Positions 24,381 through 37,625 of a stretch of 64,000 nucleotides of DNA are shown piece after piece. The notes beneath the pieces were generated by a model. It was not told the origin of the DNA. It made no database searches and saw only the letters and a list, made by a program, of their open reading frames with translations. The DNA lies in NCBI GenBank assembly GCA_030704615.1, contig CM060734.1, positions 29,698,001 through 29,762,000 on the forward strand, in the 5' to 3' direction. The stretch is from Takakia lepidozioides (Eukaryota > Plantae > Bryophyta). Position numbers and translations under genes: made by a program. Positions within the stretch are counted from its first letter, which is position 1, and each line of letters opens with the position of its first letter.

Positions 24381-24975
24381 CTAGACAGTATACTAGGCTC
24401 TTTTTTTGGATCTAATGAAGGACTTATAGTGCTTGAGACTAGGTTTGTGGACTCTCGATAAGAATTGATATCAAGGAGTAGAGATTTGATGTAACATCTA
24501 ACAACTTTGCATTCTTCGTCATTAAATGGTGCATATCTATAAGTGGATAAAGGTGAGGAGGTAGATGGAAGGGTGACTAGGAAGGATCACAGGACTGAGT
24601 CCTAAAGAGGGTGCGTGAAATATGAAGCCTTGTGATTAGTAGATGGTAGATTCAAGAAGGAGGGGAGGATTGATGCTAGGCATGTTTCATATTCGGCATC
24701 GTGTAAGTGAGTGAAGGGAGTATTGAAGTGAATACGTGGGTGAAAAGTCCCTCACGGGCTAAGAGATGGAAGGAATTACAAAAGAAATGCAAGAGTGATA
24801 CCAGAATCTGGGTATTTTGTAATGTAAAAAGAACTGACCGTATCAGTTGTGTCGAAGCTCCCCAGGAGATATTAGTCGATCACGCTCTATCTTTTGTACG
24901 TGTGGCAAACAAACCGAATGGAGGATTTGTAGTTGGTAGTACCATTGTAGATGACAAGCCTTTGAACCTCAGAGA
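24381..24975 (-). mobile_element. LINE ORF2 (end of APE endonuclease) fragment, same family as the 58-60.7 kb LINE
   Basis: Reverse complement matches 59750-60340 (IYNGTTN..CHTYK..; KHY(K/R)S(F/L)IRSKK). Confidence 0.8.
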
Positions 24976-26046
24976 CTAGAGAAACATCTCATTGTCAATG
25001 GATCCATTTTTGGAATAGGCTCACCTTGAATTGCCAAGCTATGGAAGTAATTTTGACTCCCCTCAAACACATACAAAGACCCTAACAGAAACAAATGTTG
25101 TTTGGCTTGAAGTTTTCACAATAGTTGGCTAGGATATCATACCGCATTTCTATGTGAGAGGCAGAAGCAAGAAAAATCAACCCATCGCTGAGATAGCGGT
25201 CAAAGCTCAAATTTCATACTTTGCAAAATCTAAAAACAAAAAAATCCCTACTAGAACATTAATCAATATATGAAACAAAGTAGTTTGTTGGCTCCTCCCT
25301 ATAAGGGAGAGACCACGCATTGGTGCCAAAAATGAGTAAAATCCTGATATACCTCCACTAGATAATACCTACATGAAGCAGATAATCCTCCCCCACTTAA
25401 ATGTTAACTTGAATGTACCTTGATTGGATAAGACCCATACGTGAAGGGTATATACCCTGATTCTCAAGTTGGGCTGCGTAGCAGCTCAAACCCTAACGGA
25501 AGTCCTCATATCCAAGAAGACGAAGTGGTCTCGAGCGAGGCCGCCAAAAGAACTCAGGCATTACTATGATGAAGGGAGATGAGTGGAGGCAATTCCATCC
25601 CGGATTGGGCGCTCTTGACATAGATTGTGTTTCCGTCAGGTTGATTGATGAAGATACTTTGCCGTTGATCCAGTATGGCCAGAGCAGGGTTTGCAAGCTA
25701 CCCAGCTTGAATATGCTCGGGTGGTCATGGTTCTCACCACTCACATGGTATGCTTTGTGGGTACTCCTGATAATGATGATTAAACTTACATTTCTTCTTG
25801 CTTAGGACGATCTCCCTTGTCCCTTTCTACACTACACTATTTCGGTGCAATATAACCCATGCATTCAGAGCATTCTAGTAAACTGTGTAAATCATGTGTT
25901 GAGCTAAGTCAGCTTTTACAATGACAGTGCAGGAGTTGTGGGAGATTCTTTGAACCGCAACATGTATATATCTCTAGTTTTCACCCTCAAGACAGCCTCT
26001 AAAAATGTCAAGAAATGGCGTCCCTTTGGTGCTGATAAGGGAGTCA

Positions 26047-26418
26047 CACGTAAAATTGTGGTGGGAGCAGGGAGCCGAAGGGCGGTCCCCTGTTGGGTGG
26101 CTGCGTGGTATACACCATACCCGGCATCGGTGTTTATGAGGGATCCATCTGTGTAGTGGGAGTGGGAGTGGGAGGGGGGAAATTTGAGGCGTATGATTTG
26201 TTGGTAGATCTGGGGAATGGTAGGTATGGCCTGAGTAGGGGCAGCATATGGTGGGCGTGGTAGTGCTTTTAGCCATGCCTTGTTAGGTTTGATATTGCGG
26301 AGGGGATGATAGAGATGTTCGTGTTCAGTAGTGTAGGGGGATGCGATGTTGGCTTTCAGTTTATGAGTTTGTGTGAGTAGATTTTGTAGACAGTGGAGGG
26401 AGTCAGGGGGGATGTTGT

Positions 26419-26457
<39 letters not shown>

Positions 26458-27025
26458 GCTCTGCAAGAGAAGGACAAGGGTGAGGGATGGTTCCTTTTGT
26501 TGGAGATATTTGGGGAGAGGGGGGGTGTGTGTATATTTGAGTTGGTTTGGTTCTATGCTAGCAGCTGCGATTATACGATATTGAGCCACTGAGGAACATT
26601 TATGAATGATGGGAACTCACACTCGAGCATGGTGTGTATATAGATGTGCTCCTGTGCTCCTGTGGGTAGGCGGAGGAGGGGATGGGAGTTGTTAGGCAGT
26701 TTTTGTTGGGTGAGGATAAGTATTGTGAGGGCAGATGGAGATGCGTGGGCTGCAAGACGCGCCCATTGGAGGGCATCATGTGTCGGGGGGGCCGGGAGGG
26801 GGGTGAGCCAGACCTCTACCGGTCCATGTGTGTTGTGTTGCTGTGCTTGTGGCACCGAATAAACAATCTCTATGGTGCGGGCTGGCGTAAGTGGTTAGTT
26901 CCATGGGGCATGTAAGGGGGTTGGAGTAATATGCGTGGGTGAGTTGAAATGTGTTAATGAGCAGTGTGAGGATGTCAAAAGGTAAGGTGTTGTGGGTACA
27001 TGCTTGGAGTCGTTGGGGGGAGCGT

Positions 27026-27083
<58 letters not shown>

Positions 27084-30000
27084 TGTGTCTTTGATGTATC
27101 GCTCTACTAACCAGTTAATTTTGGTGGCAAAGTCTTGTTTAGGAGGTTGTAAGGGTAGTAGCGAGGGGGGTGTAGCAGAGTATTTTCCCCAGAGCCATTT
27201 TAGACGCTTATTCGGGATTAAGCCAATGAATCGGCCGCCTTGGGCGTGTATATTGGAAGGGCGGGGGCCCATGTAGATCATAGGGGGGTCGTGGTTAATG
27301 TCTTTGTCGGGGTTGCATTTAGTTATGCAGATATGGAGATTGGGGGCTTGTATTGGAGTCTGGATGATTCGCATGTCCAAGGGTTGAGCAGGGACGAATG
27401 TTGTTATGGATATGAGTAAGAAAGTTAGTGTTGGTGCGTTTGTGGAAGGTGACCAGGAGGTTGAGGTTGTGTGCAGGGTCACAGTTGTCGTGGGATCCAA
27501 AGAGATCTTCCTCAATTTGCCAGGTGTTGTCCTCAGAGGGGTAGCCAGCCCATTTGCAGTGGTAGTAAGTGTCTACACAGGTGGCCCCGAAGGAGTCAAT
27601 TGATGTTTGGGTCTTTATGCCAATGATATCTTCAATAACATATGCGTCTGGGTTTTCAGAGTTATGCGGTCGGGTATTGGTGGGTGGGGTTGGTGACGGG
27701 GGTGGAGAGGGGGTTGCGTCTAGTGAGGCAGATGTAGTGGGTGTGTTTTGGAAGTTATCTTGGGTTGGCGTGTTGTGGGGTAGAGATGGGGGTGGCTATG
27801 TCGTTATTAGCGGATGCCAATTTAAGCTTTTGGAGGATGGAGGGTGCGGGATCTGATCGATATTGGGGGAAGTAGGTCTTGGGAGGTGTGGGGGAAGTAT
27901 GGGCAAGGGATTTTGCAGTCCAGAGTGCATGAGGGAAAGGGTGGCAAAATAGGGTGCGGAGATAATGTAAGTAGCGGCAGGTTTTGGTTGTGGCCCTAGA
28001 GTATTTGAGGGTGAATTCCTTCGGTGAGAGAAGTTTGTGACCAGATGCGGTGGTGAGCTGGGTGAGAGTGGTGACGTGTCGCTCTCGGAAGTATGAGAGG
28101 GTAGGGGTCCGTTGTTTAGGGTGGCATTGGGTAAATTGAGAGAGGAACGGGCTGGTAAGCCAAGCTCGTTCTAACTGTGATGAGGAGTTGGGGTAGTGTG
28201 GTATATCGGTTTGTATGCTGATGTTTATTTGTCGTAGAATGAGCAGTGTACGGGCTGTAGGGGAGTGCAGGCAGGCCTACGGGTGTAGTGACGGGAGTGA
28301 GTACAGTCCATTGTATTTAAGGGCGAGGAATTTAAGGAGTCCTTGATAGATGATTCCCAACCGACCAGGGTCATTAAGAGCTTTTTTTATTTGTGTACCA
28401 AGTGTACGAGCATAGGAAATGATTAGGGGGCTCGATCCGATCCCATAGCAGTCAGTGGGGAGTTGGGTGAGGGCATTAGGGGTGCTAGTGGGTAGGCCAC
28501 ATACCCGTTTTGTGAGCTGGACAATCTTTTTGTCAAGTTTTTTGATGTAAGGTAAAGAGAAAGGGGCGGCATGAAAGTATTGGACTTGGGTTTTGAGAAC
28601 TGATTGTATAATGGACAGCTTGGGTCGGATGGCTATAGAGGATTTGAGGAGGGCTAGGCTTTTGTTGATTAGTTTGGAGATGGTGGCTGATTTTTGGACA
28701 TGCCATGTGAGTGAGGGTACTAGCTGGATACCTAGGTACGTATATGGTTCGTCTGGCCCGAGAAAGGGGAATGGTTTGTTTTGATAGTAGATGTGTAGTT
28801 TACAGTGGGAGGCAATGGTGGATTTGGTGAGTCGGCTGTGATTGCACATTTGTGGAGGCTAAGTTCCATGCCCGACCATAGGTTGAAGTGGTGTAGTTTG
28901 GTGACTTGTCGGTTGATGTGTTGTGGTTTGTGTGAAAGGATGGCAAGGTCATCGGCATATGCTGTCGTAGAAATGTTGCTGGAGGAGGTTTTGTAGTGGT
29001 AGCCTAACTTACCGCGAGCAAGCCATCTGAGGAGGGGTTCCAAGAAGATTATAAATAAATATGGGCTTAGTGTATCACCTTGAATGGTACCCCGTAGGAT
29101 TTGGATAGGGGGGGTGGAGCCATAGTAGGCTCCTGTATATTCCGTGGTACTATTCGTATAGATGTTTACGATAAGCTAGATTGCATCTATGGGATATCTG
29201 AGGTCAGTCAAAATGGCAAGGAGACGTCCATGGTCCAGGGAGCTAAAGGCATTCTTAAAGTCTATGTATAAGAGGCAGATATCATGTTTTGTGAGTTTAG
29301 CGTCTTCTAATGCGGAGAGAACATATTGGAATTGTCTGGTTGTGCTTCTTGTGGCTCAGAAGCCTTCTTGTGGATCACTGAGGATACGGTGTTGTTCCCC
29401 ATAGGCAGAGAGCACTGTGGTGAGTGTACTGGTGAAGAGCTTGTACATGGTATTGGCTAAGGCGATGGGCCTATAATTGTTGAGGTCGGCGGGGTCACCT
29501 TTCTTGAATAAAAGTATGGTCCGGCTATGTTTCCATAAATTTGGGATACATTTTAGTAAATGAACAACTTGAAGAAGTTAAAGAGAAGGCGGTGAAGGTG
29601 TGGGTCAAGTGCTTGGAGAATGGCGTTGGATATGGAGACCGGGCCCGGGGCTTTGGATTTGGATAGGGCTTTTAGACATGTTTCGTAGGTGTTAATAGTG
29701 AAGAAGTCTAGGATGCGGTCGGCTTCGGAGCCTCTTTTATCTAGGGCAAATCCGTCTATGTCATGCCATGGGTAGTGTTTTATTTTGCAAAGGCAAGTGG
29801 CGGGGTGAAGGTTTGGGTGTAAGCAATTTGAGGTTGTGGGTGTGTAGGATGAGGATGCTTGGGCCCATATTTCGTTATTAATGGCTATGGGGTTGGTGAT
29901 TAGGTGAAGATATTAGATAGTTGTAATATAAGGGGTGTAGCGGCTGGGTAGAGGAGACGTTGGAAGACATCTATGTTTCGTTGTGGAAGCGGGGATAGTA

Positions 30001-33000
30001 TCCGGGATTGTGGGGGTGGGGTGTGGGTGGAGGGGATGGGTCGGAAGGGGATGAGGGACGTGGGGAAGGATATCGATACTGTGTAGTGGTCGGAGTACTA
30101 TTGATGTGTAGATGACTGGGGAGTTGCGTTGGTATCAGGGTGTGGGTTCTGAGGTAGTAACCGTCTAGCAGGCTTAGAGAGGAATAGTTGAGCCCTCCTT
30201 GGCTGGAATAGTGGTAGTCAGCGGGTATGTAGTGGAATTGGTGTACTTGCTGGATGAATTTTGCCCATGTGTGATCTGTTGGGGAGGGAGGTTTATGTAC
30301 GCCATTGTAAGTGTGACCTAGTAAGGCTATGTCTCTGTTAAGTCGCCAGCTAGTATGAAGTTGTGGTGGAGCGATGTATGGTCGTGAGTAGGGCCGGAGA
30401 GGTGGTCGCCTAAGATTTTATAGGCATGTCCGGAAGTTGATTGGAGGAGTTGAAGTAATTCGTGTAGCTCGGATAGGTAGTGAGGGGGTGCTATATAGTT
30501 GTGGGGATGTGCTTGGAGTTGTTGAAGTTTGTGTAAAAGTGTTTGGACTTGTGAGTCCGTGTGGGTCCTGAAGTAGTCATCACATATTGTGGGTAGTGGG
30601 GAGATGGTAATAATTAGGGAGAATAAAATGTGTAGAGGTGGGTATTGGGTAAGTTGTCGAACCGCTTGTGTGAGGGCGGGGTAGTCACATGTGGGGAGGC
30701 CGAATGTGGCTATTGGGTATTTAGTTGTGGGTTGAACGGAGGATGAGGTGATAGCGGGCAAAAAGTGGTTGTATAAGTGCTGATAGGCTGGTTTGAGTGA
30801 GACAGTGTTGGGTTGAAAGTATAGCGAATATCTATCTTGGGGGTCGGTAGGGACGTCATTAAAAATATTGTTGATGGTATTTGGGCCGGGTTTGGATGGA
30901 TGTCACCACATCTCATAAGTATGAGTAGTGGCATGTTGAGTGATGGGATGGATGGTGCTATGTAGGATTGTGATGGGGGCAGTGTTGGGAGGGCTTTGGG
31001 GGTGTGTGTATATGTAGTTAGGAGTGTCAGGAGAATGTACAGGGGGTGTGTCGGGGTTGGGTAAATCTGTATGGATAGTAAAGCTTGTAATCGTGGAACT
31101 GGTGGTGGCAAGGTGCGATGGTGCACGAAAGGGTATTATGTCTGTGGTTAGGGAGTTAAAGTGTGTTTGGTATGTAGGTGTGGGATCCTGGTGGGTGAGG
31201 CAGGTGCGCAGGCAGTGGGTGATAAGGGGGGAGGGGTGGCTGGGTTGGATAAAGAATTGCGGGGGTATGAGTGTGCGGGGGGTGGATGAAAGGTGTGAGG
31301 AGTGGAGCCGGATGGATGAGATATCCGCAGAGGGATATAGTCGTGGATGAATGAGAGTGTGGGTGCACGGATGAGGTATCGGTTATGGGTGGCGGGGGGG
31401 GTGGGGAGATTGAAATTGATTTGGGTGGGGTTCGTGGCAAGGGGAGGGTGCAGACACGTGGAGGGGGCGGGTTGGACGTAGCAGTCGGGGTACGATCATG
31501 TGGGATGGCGAGTTCTTGAGAAGAGATCGGGTACGGGAGGCTTGTTTTGTTTTGGCAGAAGGTTCGCGATCTGGAGGAGAGTGACTTGGGAGGTCTGTAG
31601 TGGGCGCGATAGTTGTTAGTGGTGACACGGGAGTGGCCATGGTGAGATAATGTGAGATTGGTAGTGAGATGTGTAGAGAGTGAGGTGATAGCAGAAGAAT
31701 AGTCTTTGCATTGCTTGGAAGGTAGCGAGATCAGTACAAAATTGGGAGAGGATAGTATCCAGAAGTAAAGTAAAGAAATTACGCAGCGAGCAAAACAGTA
31801 AGGGACGAGAGGTATAGTCGTGCGGGGGCCGGCAGTCTGAGCTTGGACAGTGTTCTTATGCATCTGTCGCAGGATGAGTGCTGGGTGTGTGATTCGCTTG
31901 CTGCGGGTGTTGTGGTGGTGCAGTGAACAGCATGGCCGGAGCCTTGCCCTTGATTGTGCCCATCGGATCATAGGGGGGGGGGGGAGTAATCGGCGACAGC
32001 TCGATGATGGCCGTTGTCTTGTTGGCTTGAGCATTCGCTGCCTGATTGAGGGCAGTGTTTCCTGCAGGCGGGCTGGGAAGGCCCGGTGGTAGTGGTAGTT
32101 GTTCCAAGTAATTGTTTGCGTGATCATAGAAGCTGGCCAGGTTAGCTACCATGTTTTTGGTGATGGAGTCTTGAAGTGTCACCAGGTACGCATGATGCGA
32201 CTCCTGCTGGGCTGTCATGGTGATGGCTACTTTTGCTTCCATGGCTACAAGGTCTCCTTGATATCTGTCTTGAGAGATATGGCGTGAGCGGCGAGCTTCC
32301 TGTCAATCTCGGTCATCATAGATTCATGTCCATTGCGCATTTTTGTGTCGGGTTTGATAGAGATCGAGTGGAGAGTGTCTGCCAGGGCTTGATTTATGTT
32401 GGTCACCCTAAGCCGCTCCAAGATTTCTGCTGCAGGTGGCTGGGAGCCATTCAGGCTGCGCGTGTGTGGTTCAAATCATACCTGTCTGTCAATTACAAGG
32501 ACGTGTGGATTACACCATTGGGTGTAGATACTGGGATTTTTGCAGGTAACAAGGACCATTCCATTGTGTTGGATTTTCTCTGTTTTGGAAATTTTGTTGA
32601 AGATGATGCGCTCAATGTTGTCTGTGCCCATCAGGTTGTGGAGGGCTGCTTCGGTCACCGCTTGCGAGTGGAGCGGGTTGAGGCTTTTCACCACCAACGT
32701 GAGGGCATCTCGTTCGGCGGAGATCTCCTGTGGTGTTGCAGCAAGGCCTGTCATGCTGGTCCGTCGATTTCGGAGTTGGGGCTTGATCAGTGTGTGGTTG
32801 AAGCGCACACCATGCGCCAGCATACGTGTTTTGGTATCTTCAGTAGCTAGGTATATGAAGCAGAATTTTGTATCAGGGCCGTTCTTGGCCACATATAATA
32901 TTTCGTACTCATCTCCATGGTGGTAAGTTTCCGTAATTAAATGCATGGTAAGGTGGCTGCCAATCGTACCTAGAAGGGAGTCGCTCGCCATGTAGAGTGA

Positions 33001-36000
33001 GAGGTAGTCTGTGGTTGATGAGAGGTCAAATGCTTTCTCGACCTTCCCCTGCATTGGCATACCCAAAGCCATGTTGATGACAAAGGCTCGGTCTCCGCGT
33101 AGAAGAGCCAGTCCGTCAGTTTCGGGGTGGAGGAGCTCCACCTTGAGGAGACCACACTAGTTTGAACTGCCATGCTTGGAGAGCGCTGTGATTGGGGAGT
33201 ACAATCGGGTTCCTAAGGGGATATTCATTGTTTCAAACCGTTTGTGAGCCCTGTAGAGAGCTTGTTCCTTGGGCATTTCTGTATCGAAGTCAAATCGGAT
33301 CAGTATGTGCGGAGGGGCTTCGGAGAGCCCTGTTTTAGGATCAGTGACAGTCCCTTTTGGTAGCTGAGTGAGGGGGTAGAATTGGCCCTCTCGTCCATCC
33401 GGCTTGACTGTTGGGAACAAGAGCTGCGAGACGTGTGGGTACGCCTTCGGGCAGTTCTGAAGCTCGTAGATTTCGGAGTGGCTGAGTCCCAGTCTTTGGA
33501 GTTCAAAGCCAGATCGTTCCTCGGCGATGATGGGGAGGTGTGAGTCGATGGCCTGCTGCTCGAGCGCTTCATATCCCAGCCATAGTGGAGGGAGGGAGGG
33601 CGGGCTAGAGGTGTCCATGCATTGTGGTTGATCTTGCACATGGGGGCCCCTTGATTTTCTTGGGTCGGAGTACTGTCTGCCTCGCTGTTGAGGGCGTCTG
33701 AAGGTCGTTTTGCCCGTGGATTGAGTGTCAGCAGATCGACAAGGGATGAGAGAGTGGTGGGAGGAGCGGTTCGCATCTGCTTGGGAGTGTTGGAACGCTG
33801 CGGGGGTGGGTGGGTCACGTTGGCTGGCGCATTTGGAGTGACGATCTTTGGTGGGCTTTGTGTAGACCGGGTCTGGTAGGCCTCTTCGGCAGCAAAGAAG
33901 AGCGCGTCGGAGGAGTGCATGTCGCTGGCGTCCGTTGCGCGCGGGAGTCCGTTCCATCTCCTTGTCGTCCACCATTTGATGTTGCTTCGAGGTTGATTTG
34001 AGGGTGGAGGGTGGGAATTCACGGGATTTCCTGCTTCGGGTAGTGATGCTGGTAGATCTAGGCTGGTTTTGAATACTGCCTGCTCGTTTTTGAATTCCGC
34101 ACACCTTGGAGCTAGACATACGTATGAGGATGTTTACTGGGATAAACGAAGAGGGAGGAGAGAGATGATGAGAGCTAATGCGGGGTGGGTATGAGCAATG
34201 GGCGGTGGACGTGGAGCTGCGGCAGCGACGAGAGCAATTGTTGGGGGAAGGGACTATGGGAAGGAGGTTTGCTATGGCGATTGGTGTCTGCGTTTCTGCA
34301 ATGGTGGCGAGAGTGGGATGATGCCAGGGGGGCTGGCGGCTGGGGAAATGCAGCGCTTTGATGATGACCGTTATCTGTTTATACCAGGATGGCGGCTGAG
34401 TGAGATCAGGGAGTGGTGGGGCATAATGGGTTTTAGTTTTGGTGTAAGGTGATGATGGATAGTCAAAAGTTTGGGCATCTGGGCACCATGGGCTGATAGA
34501 TTGCACTAGGGATGTGGTGTTGGGGGGGGGTTTGTGAAAAAACTTGTGAGGGAGAGGAAGTAGTTAAGTTGAGGGGGGGGTGTGTTAAAGGGGAGGTGGC
34601 TTTCCAACTTGGGGAGGGGGCATAGTAGGTCTTTGGGGGGGTTGTTGTAATGTTCCATGGCCTGTTAGGGTGGCGGTCTTGGGGACTGTGCCTTATAGAC
34701 AGCTGTGGGTATGGTGGGTGGTACTGGTCTGGTGTAAAAATATTGTACAGAGAGGGTATGGTGTTGGGGGGTGCGTATGTTGAATGTTGTGGGCGGCCTT
34801 GCCTTTTAATGCTTGAGTTAGAGTAGAGTGCTCGAAGCCATATGGAGGATCTGCGTGGATATGTTAATATCATGTGGGGGTAGTGGGTGGATGGATGTTG
34901 GTGGGGGGGTGCAGGTTGTGGGGGCGACTGGCGCTGGGAAAATGCAGTTACCCTAGGTGTGTAGTAGAGGGGCGTGTTACTGACATTGTGTAGTTCGTGA
35001 TGACCCTGTCTTGCCAGCAGCGGGCAAGTAATTTGTAGCATGTAGAGAGACTATTCATATGTTGGGTTTTGGTGGCATAGGCACGGAGTGCTTTCCCATA
35101 TGTAGGTAGTGTGCGGTGGACGATATCCGTCAAGGGATGTGTCCAGTTAGAGTGGAATAAAGTCATTGTGGTGTGGTTTGGGCTACTGTGGTGCACAATG
35201 GTGATGATGTGGCGTGTGGGTGCGCATATGAGGGGGGGTTGAGAGTGGGTTGGTAGAGTTAGCGGTTGCACAGAGGGCTTAATATGGGTGCGTGGCGCAA
35301 GATGTGGTTTGGGGGGAAGGGTAATTGTGTATGGGGTAATGTACGAAGGTTGGGTATTTTGCTTTGTAGTGATGTGTGGCTTGGGTGCAGCACTATATGT
35401 GCAGGGAAGCAGTTCATGTGCACGGAGAGTTAAACGAGATTGACAAGAGTGTAGCCATTTGTGTGCCCGTAGAGATATGTACAGTTCGGGGTGTTGGTTG
35501 TGTGTGTGTGGAGTATCATACAGCTCAAGGAGCTGGGAGTGGATGGATGAATTTGTGCGCAGCTCGGGGAGCTGGTAGTAATTGTGAGTAAGTAGTAGCA
35601 GCTCATGGAGCTGGTGGTGGGCGTATGACTTTGTGTGCAGCTCAGGGAGCTGAGAAAAGATGTGAAAAAAGGTGGGCAGCTCTGGGAGCTGAGAGTAGGT
35701 GTGTAGAGTTGTGCGCAGCTCAGGGAGCTGGTAAGGAGCGAGGAAAATTGTAAGCAGCTCTGAGAGCTGAGATGGTTGAATTTTTGTATCAAGAAGATTC
35801 ACATATAGTTTGCGAAGAACATTGCAATGAAAGAAATTGATCATGGGCAGTCCCGGGGGGCAGCATAATTCATGATAGCGTGTCGAGTGCCTTGGCATGT
35901 GGTGGGAGCAGCCGAGTGTGTCTGAAACTGCAAAACATAGAGAGAGCAGAGGGTGAGTATCGGGGCAGTGGGACCAGTGTGGAGAAGAGGTGAGTGTGGG

Positions 36001-37000
36001 CAGTGACATATGACATAAGAGAGGGTATGTATATAGTGTAGAATGGGCAGGTAGGTTGGGCATAATTGGATCAGTAAAATCTGAGTATTGGCATGGCAGA
36101 ATTCAGGGGGGGTCTTGGCTGGGCTGAGCACATAGATAATACTTGGTAGTGGGGAGGGGACATACAAAGTAGGGAGTGAGGGTGGCCTATCTTTGGGGTA
36201 AGCAGAGGGTTGGTGAACCATGCAAGTGGGGTGAGCACAGCTGATTCAGAGGGCCATGGTGTTATAGGGAAGGGGGCATGTGTCATATATAGGGGCAGAG
36301 TATATGAAAAATGAGGGGTAGGGTGTGATATGTACCTGTGTTGTCGCAGGGGGCTGGGTAATAGTGGCGTTGCGTACCTTGACAGCTTGGGGGCAGGGGT
36401 TTGAGTAGTGGCAGATCGGGGGCAGTAGGTGTTGGTGTTGAGTAGCATAGTGTCGTGCGGGTGTGTGTGTTGGCTGCTGTTGGGAAATTGGGCACCGTTG
36501 ACATGTAGGTGGCCTGCTGAGACAAGCGATGGAGTAAAAACAAGAGATGGACTCACATTATGTGACAAACGAAGGTTGAATGGGGGGGAGGGACAAGAAA
36601 GAATCAGTAGATGATGAGGGGGGGTAGAGAGCTCCCTGTGTGTAGAGGGGTATTTAGGCGCAAAGCTGTTGCAGGGTTGTAGCGACTGCTGCCGCAGCCT
36701 GATCGCCGGGGGGGTGCTGGGTGCACCGTCGCTTCGGAGCTGGAAGTAGATGCCTCTGCCATGAGGTCGGGCAGACTCGTGGGACCAGCCTAGATAGTTC
36801 TGCTGTTATGGGGCATCAGCCCTGCCCGAGTCTTCCAACCAATTGAGCTGGGCTTGCCTTGTGTCCAGCCAGGGGTAGAACCTTGGGGCCTTTGCGATGG
36901 TAACACTGTGCGCTTCCAAGAACACACGATAGTGGCAACTCGCTATAATGGGTGCACGGCGAATGTGTCGAGGGGGCCGTAGTCTCCGTAAACGAGGGGG
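26047..37000 (-). mobile_element. Large degenerate Dualen/RandI-like LINE (ORF1-like region, APE, RT, start of RNase H); 3' part truncated, 5' boundary approximate
   Basis: APE NFILAGDL..LDGYYL..YSDHY (~30360-30080); RT IALANTMYKLFT..QEGF..DFKNAF..GTIQGDTLSPYLF..LEPLLRWL..AYADDL (~29470-28950), YTYLGI; RNase H start YTDGS..AGYGVY..TTILR (26155-26047). Strongly C/A-rich sense strand. Confidence 0.82.
35482..35769. repeat. 39-bp-period array of 15-bp palindromes CAGCTC-NNN-GAGCTG with variable 24-bp spacers
   Basis: Starts at 35482 (degenerate), 35521, 35560, 35599, 35638, 35677, 35716 and 35755. Confidence 0.93.
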
Positions 37001-37625
37001 GGCCATTGGTGTTGTGTGTGTCAGCCAGAGAGTCTTATAGAGAGGAGGCTGCGAGATTCATGCCCGCCTTCTCTTCCTACTGGATTTTTGGCGCACTATT
37101 GGTTATGATTAGTGTTGTCATTATCTGTGGAGGAGCCTAATTATGATCTCAACTAGCTTATGCTAAAAATAACAGAACAAACAAAAACAAGACTAACTTC
37201 AGGATTGTAAATAGTGTTCGAACTTTGAAGCTTCCGAGCTGCTATGAATTTTGGGTCCTTGTACTCAAGGTAAATGGTATAATGAAATATTACGCTTGAA
37301 TAGTATACGAATGAAGAGAGGGTATTTTTTTCCCTTGTTCTAATGACATGCAAGGTTTCATGAGTCCCCTTTAAATATTATTGTTAAGATATTTAAACAA
37401 AAACAGGACGTCCGTCGCATTCAGTGATTTTCATGAAGTGCTGTCTATCATTACGATCTGTTTCAAAGGGCTTCTGTCCCCTTTCTTTAAAACTTAGATA
37501 GAAAACAAAAAAAGCTATAGTGTCCTGTTTTCCTCCAACTAACCGTTACTAAAATCATAAAGCACTTTGCATTTTTTCTCTTTGTATTTATGGTGCTCTT
37601 AAAAAGCAGAACTTGGCCGGGCGGG

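Noticed and set aside
25000-26046. LTR element fragment truncating the LINE
   Set aside because: A TG start and a purine tract are suggestive, but there is no paired LTR or clear coding motif.
21345-26047. A single inversion splitting one LINE at the TILR motif
   Set aside because: The overlapping codons differ (LPSRATILR versus LPAPTTILR), which fits two separate copies better.
35482-35769. True CRISPR array
   Set aside because: The repeats are only 15 bp with a variable centre, there are no cas genes, the context is a eukaryotic TE, and the spacers are weakly related to one another.
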